Source of the DNA: Polyangiales bacterium
GTDB taxonomy: Bacteria > Myxococcota_A > Polyangia > Polyangiales > Polyangiaceae
Direction of reading: 5' to 3'
Assembly (NCBI GenBank): GCA_038231275.1
Contig: JBBRLQ010000014.1
Coordinates: 64,001 to 128,000 of the forward strand
DNA length: 64,000 nucleotides
In this document: one piece after another, positions 48,394-57,645 of the stretch
Layout: every line of letters starts with the position of its first letter
How positions within the stretch are numbered: the first letter of the stretch is position 1
Program-made: the position numbers and the translations under genes
Notes under the pieces: model-generated
The model's input: only the letters and a program-made list of their open reading frames with translations
Database searches by the model: none
Told to the model about the DNA's origin: nothing

Positions 48394-50781
48394 ATGACTC
48401 TCTTCGAAAGAATCGGACACGCGCTCGGCCTCGCCGTGGTTCGCCACCGGATGACGACGGTGCTCACGAGCCTGCTTGTTTTTGGCCTTTTCTCGGCCGG
48501 CATCGCGCGCGCGCGGTTTTCGACGGATTACCGCGTTTTCTTTTCAAAAGAAGATCCGGGGCTGACGGCGTTCGAGAAGCTGGAGGCGGCGTTCACCAAG
48601 ACCGACAACGTGCTCTTCGTCGTTCACGCCAAGGAGGGAACGGTCTTCACCCCGCGCGTGCTCGAGGCGACGCAGGCCCTGACGGCGGCGGCGTGGAAGA
48701 TCCCGTACGGCACGCGCGTCGACTCGGTCACGAACTTCCCCTACGCGCGCGTCGAGGACGGCGACATCGCGCAGACCGATCTGGTGACAGCGCCGGCGGC
48801 GACCCTCGACGCCGCGGACATCGCGAAGGTGCGTGACGTGGCGATGGCGGAGCCGCTCTTGGCGGGGAGCCTCGTCGCGCGGGATGCTACGACGACCGCG
48901 GTCAACGTCACCCTGCGCCTCCCGGGCAAGGATCCCGAGGAGGTCACCGCGTCGGTGATGGCGGCGCGCGCGCTCGCGAAGAGCATCGGCGACGCGTACC
49001 CGGAGATCGAGCTCCGCGTCTCCGGGATGGCGCTCATGAACCACGCGTTCATGGAGACCGCCGTGAAGGATCTCGGCGTGATGCTGCCGATCATGGTCGG
49101 CGTGATCCTCGTCGCGATGTGCTTTCTCCTAAGGAGCGCGCTCTCGACGCTCGCGGTCGCCGCGGTGCTGGCCATCTCGGCGATCCTCTCGCTCGCCCTC
49201 GCGGGGTGGCTCCGGTATCCGCTGACGCCGCCGGCCATCGCGGCGCCGATGATCGTTCTCACCGTGGCGGTGGCCGACGGGGTCCACGTCGTGCTCGCGA
49301 CGATGGCGGCGATGCGCGCGGGCTCGCGCAAGGAGGACGCGATCGTCCACTCGCTCTCCGAGAACCTCGAGGCGATCACCTACACGTGGCTCACCACGGT
49401 CGTGGGCTTCGTCTGCCTGAACTACTCGGAGGCGCCGCCGGTTCGGCACCTGGCGAACATGACGTGCTTCGGCGTGACGGCGGCCTTCCTCTTCTCGTTC
49501 ACGCTCCTGCCCGCGCTCCTTGCGCTCTTGCCGATCCGCGCGCGTGCGACGACGGCGGCGACCGAGTCCGGGCTCTTCCGTCGCCTCACGGATCTCGTAA
49601 TCCGCCGCCGCGGGACCGTGCTGATCGCGTGCGCGGCGATCACGGGTGCCGCAGGATTCTTCGCGTCGCGGCTCGAGACGAATGACCAGTTCGTGCGCTA
49701 CTTCGACGAGTCGGTCCCGTTCCGCCGCGACGTCGACTTCACGATGAAGCACCTGTCGGGCATCTACCGCCTGGAGTTCCAAGTGGGCAGCGGTGAGCCG
49801 ACGGGCATCAGCGATCCCGTCTACCTCGCGCGCCTCGACGAGTTCGCGACGTGGCTCCGCGCGCAGCCGGAGGTCGACCATGTGTACGGCCTCGCCGACG
49901 TCTTGAAGCGCGTGAACCAAGTCGTCCATGACGACGATCCGTCGTTCTACCGCACCCCCGACACGCGGGACGCCGCCGCGCAGTCGCTCCTCCTCTACGA
50001 GATGGGCCTCCCGTCCGGGCTCGACCTCACCGATCGCGTCAACGTCGACAAGTCGGCGACGCGCGTGACCGTGACCGTGAAGGACATGTCGACGAAGAAG
50101 CTAACCGGCTTCGCGCAGCGCGCCGAAGGATGGCTCCGCGAGCATGCGCCGCGCCCGATGTGGGCCGAAGCGACGGGACCGGTCGTTATCTTCTCGCAGC
50201 TCTCCGATCGCAACGCGAAGAGCATGGTCCAAGGCGACTTCGTCTCGCTGGCGCTCATCTCCCTGTGCATGATCATCGTGCTCCGAAGCTTGCGCCTCGG
50301 GATGCTGAGCGTCGTCCCCAACGTCGTCCCGATCGTCATCGGGTACGGACTGTGGCGCCTCACCGTCGGCCAAATGAACATCGTCGCGTCGGTGGCGGGC
50401 AGCATCAGCCTCGGCATCATCGTGGACGACACGATCCACTTCTTGACGAAGTACCAGGCCATGCGGCGCCGGTTCGGGACGTCCGAGGAGGACGCGATGC
50501 GCGCGACCTTGGCACACGTGGGCCCGGCGATGCTGTCGACCAGCGTGATCTTGGTCCTCGGCTTCGGCGTCCTGACACTGTCGTCGTTCCAGATGACCAG
50601 CTACCTAGGGTGGCTCAGCGTCATCATCGTGGGCGTCGCGCCGCTGGCCGACATGGTCCTCGCGCCCGCGCTCGTCCTCACGTTCGGCGCAGGGAAAATC
50701 ACGGGCAAGGTGGAGGATCGCGAGAGCGATCCACGCGCGAGCTTGGCACTCGAAACGACAATGAGCAGAGGTGTGTCATGA
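48394..50781 (+). CDS. MMPL/RND-family (HAE3/HpnN-like) lipid transporter
   Basis: Two repeats of TM1, periplasmic loop and 5 TM; AVADGVH and GIIVDDTIHF motifs. Confidence 0.92.
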   Translation: MTLFERIGHALGLAVVRHRMTTVLTSLLVFGLFSAGIARARFSTDYRVFFSKEDPGLTAFEKLEAAFTKTDNVLFVVHAKEGTVFTPRVLEATQALTAAAWKIPYGTRVDSVTNFPYARVEDGDIAQTDLVTAPAATLDAADIAKVRDVAMAEPLLAGSLVARDATTTAVNVTLRLPGKDPEEVTASVMAARALAKSIGDAYPEIELRVSGMALMNHAFMETAVKDLGVMLPIMVGVILVAMCFLLRSALSTLAVAAVLAISAILSLALAGWLRYPLTPPAIAAPMIVLTVAVADGVHVVLATMAAMRAGSRKEDAIVHSLSENLEAITYTWLTTVVGFVCLNYSEAPPVRHLANMTCFGVTAAFLFSFTLLPALLALLPIRARATTAATESGLFRRLTDLVIRRRGTVLIACAAITGAAGFFASRLETNDQFVRYFDESVPFRRDVDFTMKHLSGIYRLEFQVGSGEPTGISDPVYLARLDEFATWLRAQPEVDHVYGLADVLKRVNQVVHDDDPSFYRTPDTRDAAAQSLLLYEMGLPSGLDLTDRVNVDKSATRVTVTVKDMSTKKLTGFAQRAEGWLREHAPRPMWAEATGPVVIFSQLSDRNAKSMVQGDFVSLALISLCMIIVLRSLRLGMLSVVPNVVPIVIGYGLWRLTVGQMNIVASVAGSISLGIIVDDTIHFLTKYQAMRRRFGTSEEDAMRATLAHVGPAMLSTSVILVLGFGVLTLSSFQMTSYLGWLSVIIVGVAPLADMVLAPALVLTFGAGKITGKVEDRESDPRASLALETTMSRGVS

Positions 50782-51605
50782 ATCGATCGAAGATGGTGCT
50801 CGGGGTGATCGCGGCGGCGGCGGCGTTGGCCTTTGCGGGCGCCGCGGACGCCAAGACGGCGGAGGAGATCGAGGCCGCCGGGTCGCCCGAGCAGAAGGGC
50901 CAGGCGGTCGCCATGGAGCTCGCCGCGCGCAACACCGGCTACAAAGATCTCGGCGGCGACGTCGAGATGACGCTCAAGGATCCGTCGGGCGGCGAGGCCA
51001 AGCGCCGCTTCAACCTCAAGGTCCTCGAGAAGACCGACGCCGACAGCGGTGACCGTTCCCTCATCGTGTTCGATTCGCCGGCCGACGTGAAGGGGACGGC
51101 GGTCCTCTCCCACGCGAAGGCCGGAGACGAGGACGAGCAGTGGCTCTACCTCCCGTCGGCGCGTCGCGTGAAGCGCATCTCGTCGTCGAATCGCACCGGC
51201 GCCTTCGTGGGGAGCGAGTTTTCGTTCGAGGATCTCACCGGCAACGACGGTCGCAAGTACTCGTGGAAGCTCGCCGGCCGCGCGGCGTGCGGCGCGTCGC
51301 AGTGCCTCACCCTCGAGGCGACGCCGAAGGATCCGCAGTCGGCGTACTCCAAGCGCGTCCTCCACGTCGACGCGCAGGAGTTCCGCATCCAGTCGATCGA
51401 GTTCTTCGATCGCAAGGGCGCGAAGCTCAAGACGCTCACCTACGACGCGTACAAGAAGATGAACGGCCGATTCTGGCGCGCGCAGACGTGGTCGATGCAG
51501 AACCACCAGTCTGGCAAGAGCACGGTGGTATCGTTCACTTCGATGCGCCTCGGCAACGGGTACTCCGCGAGCGATTTCTCGACTGGCAAGCTCGGCGGCG
51601 GCTGA
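50778..51605 (+). CDS. Outer-membrane lipoprotein-sorting (LolA-like) protein
   Basis: F.SPADVKGT..L, QWLYLPS.RRVKRI, FVGSEFSFEDL; signal peptide; ATGA overlap. Confidence 0.88.
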   Translation: MNRSKMVLGVIAAAAALAFAGAADAKTAEEIEAAGSPEQKGQAVAMELAARNTGYKDLGGDVEMTLKDPSGGEAKRRFNLKVLEKTDADSGDRSLIVFDSPADVKGTAVLSHAKAGDEDEQWLYLPSARRVKRISSSNRTGAFVGSEFSFEDLTGNDGRKYSWKLAGRAACGASQCLTLEATPKDPQSAYSKRVLHVDAQEFRIQSIEFFDRKGAKLKTLTYDAYKKMNGRFWRAQTWSMQNHQSGKSTVVSFTSMRLGNGYSASDFSTGKLGGG

Positions 51606-51627
51606 GCGGCATCTTCCCCGACGACGC

Positions 51628-52824
51628 ATGCCGTACAAGGTCTCGCTCGCCGTCGTCGTCGCGCTCGTCGGAGTCCTCGTGGGATGCGCGGCGCCGGCCG
51701 TCGAGGCGAGCGGCAGCGTCGCGGCGGAGGGGCGCGCCTTCTTCTTCGCGCCCAAGTACGCGGGGCAAGATCGCGGCAACGGCGTGTCGCTCGTCGCAGA
51801 GCCGCAGCTCCAGGCCAAGACCGAGGACGGCGAGCACACGCTGACGCTTCGCCCGTTCTATCGGCTCGATCCGACCGACGAGAACCGCTCGCACGCCGAC
51901 GTGCGCCAAGGGAGCTACCGGCTCTCGCTCGAGCACTTCGAGGCGGGCGCCGGTGCCGGGACGTTCACGTGGGGCGTGCTCGAGTCGTACCGGCCCACCG
52001 ACGTGATGAACCAGACCGACTTCGTCGAGGCGGTCGACGGCACGGCGAAGCTCGGGCAGCCGTACGCGGAGATCGGGTGGATCGGCGAGTCGACGGCGCT
52101 CCGCCTCTACTACCTGCCGTACTTCCGGGAGCGCACGTTCCAGGGCGTGCGGGGACGGCCTCGCTTTCCGAGCGTCATCGACACGGGGAGCGCGCTCTTC
52201 GCGACGCGGAACCGGCAGTGGGAGCCCAGCGCGGCGGGGCGCTTCACCTGGAACGCCGGCGATCTCGATCTCGGCTTCGGCGCGTTCACCGGCCTAGGCC
52301 GCGAGCCGGCGTTCGTCGCCGAGCTGACGACGGGGCAGGTCGCGCCGCGCTACGATCGGACGCACCAGGCGTCCGTCGACGCGCAGTACACGCTCGGCGC
52401 GTTCACGTTCAAGGCCGAGGCGTTCGCGCGCCTGTGGTCCGACCGCCTGCGCGCCATCGGCGGCGGCGGGGCAGGTGTAGACTACACGTTATTCAAGCTC
52501 GTCGGCGAAGCGGACCTCAGCTTCGCTGCCGAGTACCTGATCGATCGGCGGCCCGTAGACGCGCCGATCACGTTCTTCGATCACGATGCGTTCGGCGGGT
52601 TCCGCCTCGCCTTCAACGACACCGAGAGCACCGAGATCACCGGCGGCGCGGTCGTCGACGTGTACGACGGCACGACCTTCGGACGCGCGCAGGCGAGCCG
52701 CCGGGTGGGCGAGCACTGGCGCGTGTCGGTGGGCGGGAGCCTCTTCTTCGGCCCCAGCGCGAAGCTCGAGGGCTCGTTTCGCCGCGACGACTACGTCCAG
52801 GGACGGATCGCGTACTTTTTCTGA
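51628..52824 (+). CDS. Outer-membrane beta-barrel protein of the type associated with MMPL-LolA-like modules
   Basis: Signal peptide, WGVLES..PTDVMNQ, KLGQP, LPYFRERTF, alternating beta pattern, C-terminal IAYFF. Confidence 0.8.
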   Translation: MPYKVSLAVVVALVGVLVGCAAPAVEASGSVAAEGRAFFFAPKYAGQDRGNGVSLVAEPQLQAKTEDGEHTLTLRPFYRLDPTDENRSHADVRQGSYRLSLEHFEAGAGAGTFTWGVLESYRPTDVMNQTDFVEAVDGTAKLGQPYAEIGWIGESTALRLYYLPYFRERTFQGVRGRPRFPSVIDTGSALFATRNRQWEPSAAGRFTWNAGDLDLGFGAFTGLGREPAFVAELTTGQVAPRYDRTHQASVDAQYTLGAFTFKAEAFARLWSDRLRAIGGGGAGVDYTLFKLVGEADLSFAAEYLIDRRPVDAPITFFDHDAFGGFRLAFNDTESTEITGGAVVDVYDGTTFGRAQASRRVGEHWRVSVGGSLFFGPSAKLEGSFRRDDYVQGRIAYFF

Positions 52825-52828
52825 ACGG

Positions 52829-53731
52829 TCACGCCGAGAGGAGCGCGTCGCGAACGGCGCGGAGGAGGCCCTCGCGGACCTTCGCGAGCACTGCCTCGCC
52901 GTTGCACAAAAGGTAGAGGGGCTCGGCGATGACCCACCCCTTCACGTCGATCGCGACGATGCTGCCCGCCTGGACGAGCTTTCGCGCGGCGACGTGCGGG
53001 CCGAAGACGAGGTACTCGCCGGTCGACGCGAGATCGAGGGCGGTCCGGATCGTCTGCGCCTCGTGGCCGATGACGCGCTCGCCGATAGGGATGGGGCAGT
53101 CGTCGGTGATCGGCGCGAGGCGGTTGCCGGTGGCGGCGGGCGCGACCCACGGCACGTCACGGAGCTTGTCGATGGTGGTGGGCAGCGGCGCGAGGCGCTT
53201 GGCGAGCGCGGGCGAGCCGAAGAGGGACTTGCGGAGCTGCCCGACCTCGTCGCTCGTCCACGTGGAGGGCCGGTTCGTGATGTCGCCCGGTACCAGCGCC
53301 ACGTCGAACGAGTTCTCGGTGATGTACGCGCGGATGAGCGGCGGCGACAGCTCGAGGGCGCGCACGCGGAGGCGCGGGTGCGAGTGCGCGACGGCGGGCA
53401 AAAGTGCTTCCAAGAGGTACGAGGGCCCGGCCACGGTGAGCTCGATCTTCTTGTCGCCGTTGGCGGTGGGGGCCGGCCTTCGCGTCGCCTCGATCGACGC
53501 GATGGCGGCGGCGACGTGTCCCGCGACGTGCACGCCGGCGTCGTTCAAGCTCACGCCCTTGGTGCCGCGCACGAAGAGCTTCGCGTCACAGTGCCGCTCG
53601 ACGCGCGAGATCGATTTGCTGACCTGCGATGGCGTCACGCGCAGCTCCCGCGCGGCGCCGGTGATGGAGCGAGTTCGCTGGACGGCAAGGAACGTCACGA
53701 GGTCCGCGATACGCAGATCGATGGGCTCCAT
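52829..53731 (-). CDS. LysR-family transcriptional regulator
   Basis: N-terminal HTH F.AV....SITGAAREL.VTPSQVS..I.R.E...LF.R; 300 aa. Confidence 0.9.
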   Translation of the reverse strand: MEPIDLRIADLVTFLAVQRTRSITGAARELRVTPSQVSKSISRVERHCDAKLFVRGTKGVSLNDAGVHVAGHVAAAIASIEATRRPAPTANGDKKIELTVAGPSYLLEALLPAVAHSHPRLRVRALELSPPLIRAYITENSFDVALVPGDITNRPSTWTSDEVGQLRKSLFGSPALAKRLAPLPTTIDKLRDVPWVAPAATGNRLAPITDDCPIPIGERVIGHEAQTIRTALDLASTGEYLVFGPHVAARKLVQAGSIVAIDVKGWVIAEPLYLLCNGEAVLAKVREGLLRAVRDALLSA

Positions 53732-53812
53732 GCGCCATCGCTTTTGGCACTGGTCGGGCGGAGCAGCAAGTCTTCCTTTTGCGCGGCCCTTCGGTCGAAG
53801 TGGCGCGGAAGA

Positions 53813-54700
53813 TCAGTCCAGCGAGCCGCCGAACGTATCGCACGACTTGGGGTTGCCGCTGGTCATGCCGGTCTGGAACCAGCGCTGGCGATCGGCCGCG
53901 GACCCGTGCGTGAACTTCTCCGGATTCACGCGTCCGCGGACCTCCTCTTGGATTCGGTCGTCGCCGACCGACGCGGCGGCGTCGAGGCCCTGCGAGACTT
54001 CGTCGGCGGAGACCTTGCCTGCTTCGTAGGCCGAGTGTCCCCACACGCCGGCGTAGCAGTCGGCCTGGAGCTCGAGCATCACCGAGAGGGCGTTTCGCTT
54101 GCTGGGGGCGCGTTGCATCGCGGCCTCGAACGCGCGCTCGGTGCCGAGCAAGCTCTGAACGTGGTGGCCGTACTCGTGCGCGACGACGTAGGCCTCGGCG
54201 AAGTCGCCGCCCTTCGCGTGAAAGCGCCGGTGAAGCTGCTCGAAGAAGCCCGTGTCGAGGTACACCTCGTGGTCGGTCGGACAATAAAACGGTCCGGTGG
54301 ATGCGCTCGCGACGCCGCAGCCGCTCTGCGTGCGGTCGGAGAAGAGGACGAGCTTTGCCGGACGATAGGATCCGCCGCTCGCCGCGAGGGTGCGCGTCCA
54401 GAACGCTTGGACGTTCGTCTCCACGCACGCCGCGAACTCTCCCTGATTGCTCGCGGACGTCACTCCTTGGCAGCTCTGCGAGACGATCGGTGACGTGGGG
54501 TTCGCCGCAGAGGTTGTGTGCGTCGCGCCCGGCGAGGGGTCGTCGGTCGTGACGACGTCACCTCCGAGAAATCGAATCGCCAGATAGATGAGCGTTCCGA
54601 CGACACCGAGACCGCCGGCTCCCGCGCCGATCACGCCGCCCATTCCACGCCGGTCATCGACCTGGCCGCCGTCCGCACGATCGCCCGCATCGAATTTCAT
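53813..54700 (-). CDS. Neutral zinc metallopeptidase (YpfJ-like)
   Basis: GPFYCP, YVVAHEYGHHVQ, ELQADCYAG, FTHGS; N-terminal VDDRRG. Confidence 0.92.
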   Translation of the reverse strand: MKFDAGDRADGGQVDDRRGMGGVIGAGAGGLGVVGTLIYLAIRFLGGDVVTTDDPSPGATHTTSAANPTSPIVSQSCQGVTSASNQGEFAACVETNVQAFWTRTLAASGGSYRPAKLVLFSDRTQSGCGVASASTGPFYCPTDHEVYLDTGFFEQLHRRFHAKGGDFAEAYVVAHEYGHHVQSLLGTERAFEAAMQRAPSKRNALSVMLELQADCYAGVWGHSAYEAGKVSADEVSQGLDAAASVGDDRIQEEVRGRVNPEKFTHGSAADRQRWFQTGMTSGNPKSCDTFGGSLD

Positions 54701-54972
54701 CGCGTCACCTCGGCAGCGACTCAGCAAACGCCGCACCAACGCACGATGCCCACGAAAATCGCGGGGTGCCGCGATCTGGCGTCGAGAGGGGCGTGGCGTT
54801 CCTGCGCCCGGTGCAAATTCTCCACGCCTGCGCGCATGCCGTCGCCCCCCTGGGTCGCCGATTATCCAGGGCGATGCCGCCCGCCCGCAGCAAGTGGCGC
54901 CGCGCGTTCACGCATTTCGGGGGCAAGTCCGCGAATGCACGACGGGCGCGCGGCGTGCAGTCTGGGTCCGCG

Positions 54973-55218
54973 ATGGGGCTCATCTTCTTCAACAACCAGA
55001 GCGGCGACGAAGTGATTCGGGCGATGCAGGCCGCCCGCCGCCGTGACGCGAAGGTCGTGCTCAGCCACACGCTCGTGCGTGAGATTCGGAGCGTGCTCGC
55101 CCTCTCGGGGCCGCAGGAGGACACGGTGCTGCTGCTCCGTCCCGAGCACAAGAAGTCGCGTCAGAGCGAGGGCGTTTGGGACCGCTGGATGCGGGCGCTC
55201 GGCGCCGTCGTCGTGTGA
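54973..55218 (+). CDS. Small hypothetical protein (81 aa)
   Basis: MGLIFFNNQSGDEVIRAM...; GC3-rich codons; followed by a hairpin. Confidence 0.55.
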   Translation: MGLIFFNNQSGDEVIRAMQAARRRDAKVVLSHTLVREIRSVLALSGPQEDTVLLLRPEHKKSRQSEGVWDRWMRALGAVVV

Positions 55219-55226
55219 TCACGAGA

Positions 55227-55250
55227 GGCCCCGGAGGCCGCTTCGGGGCC
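55227..55250 (+). terminator. GC-rich hairpin downstream of the small ORF
   Basis: GGCCCCGGAG-GCCG-CTTCGGGGCC, 10-bp stem with one G-U pair; no U-tract. Confidence 0.4.
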
Positions 55251-55415
55251 CAGTTCGGCACGTCGGACATCTCCACGAATACGTTCGTCATCCTTGCCGT
55301 CGACCGTAGCGGCCGCGCTCTCCCGCACGGTGACCGCCTCGCGTCGGCGAGATTGTGCGCGTCGCCGAGGGGGCGGTGTCGTAGGCTAGGTCGCCCGCAG
55401 GACGCGGGCTCCGCC

Positions 55416-57605
55416 ATGCCGATCGAACGCCTCGATGCCCGCGAAGGAATCGCGCACGCGCTGCGTGACAGCGAGGAGCGGTTTCGCTTTCTCGCGGAGA
55501 GCGTGCCGGTCCAGATCTGGACGGCGCTGCCCGACGGCAACCTGGACTACGTCACGGAGCAGACCGGGCGACACTTCGGGCTGAGCGCCGCGGCCCTCTT
55601 GGCAAGCGGTTGGCAGAACGTCGTGCACCCGGAGGACTTGCCCCTCGCCGGCGAGCGCTGGACGCGCTCGCTCACCACGGGAGAACCGTACTCGATCGAG
55701 TTCCGGCTCAAGCTCGCGAGCGGGGAGTTCGCGTGGCACCTCGCGCGCGCGGTGGCGCAGCGCGACGAGTCCGGGAAGATCGTGCGCTGGTTCGGGACGA
55801 ACACCAACATCGAAGAGCAACGCGAGCAGCGTCGCCACGTTCAGGAGCTCCATGACGCCGTGGCAAGCCACGCCGACGACCTGCGCGAGCGGGGGCGACT
55901 CCTCGCCCTCCAGGCGGACGTCGGCGTCGCGTTGACGAGGTCGGCCTCGCGTGCGGACGCGCTCGTGGCGTGCGCGGAGGCGCTCGTACGACACCTCGAC
56001 GTCGCCTTCGCGCGGATCTGGACCCTCGACGAGCGGGCCGCCGTGCTGGAGCTCCGGGCGAGCGCGGGCCTGTACACGCACCTCGACGGTCCCCACTCAC
56101 GCATCCCGCTCGGGACGTTGAAGATCGGCCAGATCGCCGCCGAAAGGAAGCCGCTCCACACCAACCAGGTCGTCGGAGATTCGCGCGTCGGGGATCAAGA
56201 GTGGGCGAAGCGCGAGGGCATGGTGTCGTTCGCCGGTTACCCGCTCGTCGTCGCGGGCAAGCTGGTCGGCGTCGTCGCGGCATTCGCGAGGCGCCCCATG
56301 TCCACGGAGAGCGTGGCGGCCCTCGAGTCGATCGCGAACGGGCTCGCGATCGCGATCGAGCGACTGCGCGTCGAGGCCGAGAGGGAGCGCCTCCTTGCGA
56401 TCACCGAGGATGCCCGGCAGCGGGCGGAGCTCGCGAGTCGCGCGAAGGACGAGTTCCTCGCCACGGCGTCCCACGAGCTCCGCACCCCCCTCAACGCCAT
56501 CCTCGGCTGGGCGCGGATGCTGCGCACCGAATCTCTCGACGCCGCTTCGCGAGAGAAAGCGGCGGAGACGATCGAGCGAAACGCGCGCGCGCAGGTCCGC
56601 CTCATCGAGGACATCCTCGACGGCTCGCGGATCATCACGGGCAAGCTCCATCTGGAGATTCAGTCGGTCGATCTCGGCGCCGTCGTCTCTGCGGCGATGG
56701 ATGCCGTACGCCCCGCAGCGGCCGCGAAGAAGATCGCCATCGCGATCGAGCTCGACAGGGCCGGCGCGCGCATGAAGGGTGACCCCGATCGCCTCCAGCA
56801 GATCGTGTGGAACCTCGTCAACAACGCCATCAAGTTCACGCCGAGGGGTGGGTCGATCCGGATCTCTCTGATGCGCGTGGGCACGTCCATCGAGCTGGCA
56901 ATCGCGGACACCGGCGAGGGCATCGCCGCCGAGTTTCTTCCCCTCGTCTTCGAGCGCTTTCGGCAAGCCGACGGCAGCAGCACGCGCCGGCACGGCGGCC
57001 TAGGGCTCGGGTTAGCTCTGGTCCGCCACTTGGTCGAAGCGCACGGCGGAACGGTGCGGGTCGCGAGCCCGGGCGAGGGAAAGGGGGCTACGTTCGTCGT
57101 CACCTTGCCGGTCCAGGCGGTTTTCCCCGAGATCAGCGAGCCGCCGATGCCCGCCGCACACGTCGACGGTGTCGCCACGCCGGCCGAGGGGATGAGCCTG
57201 CTCCACGTTCGCGTGCTCGTCGTCGACGACGAGCGCGACGCCTCGTCCCTCGTCGCCACTGTGCTTCGCATGCACGGCGCCGCCGTCACCGTCGCCGATA
57301 CGGTGGAGCGCGCGCTCGAGGTCCTGGAGGCGGAGCCTCCGACGGTGCTCGTCAGCGACATCGGCATGCCCGGCGCCGACGGGTACGAGCTCATCTCGCG
57401 CGCCCGAGCGCTCACCACGTCTGCCTCCAGCATCCCCGCGCTCGCGCTCACGGCCTACGCGCGCGAAGAAGATCGGCGTCGGGCGCTCAGCGCGGGGTTC
57501 CAGATGTACCTGGCCAAGCCCGCAGATCCCGACGCGCTCGTGAGGGCGGTGCACCGGCTCGCGGCGGGGCGCGGAGAGGCGCTACCCAAGGGCTCCGCCC
57601 GGTAG
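55416..57605 (+). CDS. Hybrid sensor histidine kinase (PAS-GAF-HisKA-HATPase-REC)
   Basis: VHPED and WFGTNTNI PAS; GAF (SFAGYPL); SHELRTPLN; NAIKFT; DTGEGI; GLGLGL; REC SDIGMP...KP. Confidence 0.95.
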   Translation: MPIERLDAREGIAHALRDSEERFRFLAESVPVQIWTALPDGNLDYVTEQTGRHFGLSAAALLASGWQNVVHPEDLPLAGERWTRSLTTGEPYSIEFRLKLASGEFAWHLARAVAQRDESGKIVRWFGTNTNIEEQREQRRHVQELHDAVASHADDLRERGRLLALQADVGVALTRSASRADALVACAEALVRHLDVAFARIWTLDERAAVLELRASAGLYTHLDGPHSRIPLGTLKIGQIAAERKPLHTNQVVGDSRVGDQEWAKREGMVSFAGYPLVVAGKLVGVVAAFARRPMSTESVAALESIANGLAIAIERLRVEAERERLLAITEDARQRAELASRAKDEFLATASHELRTPLNAILGWARMLRTESLDAASREKAAETIERNARAQVRLIEDILDGSRIITGKLHLEIQSVDLGAVVSAAMDAVRPAAAAKKIAIAIELDRAGARMKGDPDRLQQIVWNLVNNAIKFTPRGGSIRISLMRVGTSIELAIADTGEGIAAEFLPLVFERFRQADGSSTRRHGGLGLGLALVRHLVEAHGGTVRVASPGEGKGATFVVTLPVQAVFPEISEPPMPAAHVDGVATPAEGMSLLHVRVLVVDDERDASSLVATVLRMHGAAVTVADTVERALEVLEAEPPTVLVSDIGMPGADGYELISRARALTTSASSIPALALTAYAREEDRRRALSAGFQMYLAKPADPDALVRAVHRLAAGRGEALPKGSAR

Positions 57606-57645
57606 TCTTCGCGCGGCCGGACCGAAATCGCGGTATCTCTGCCGC

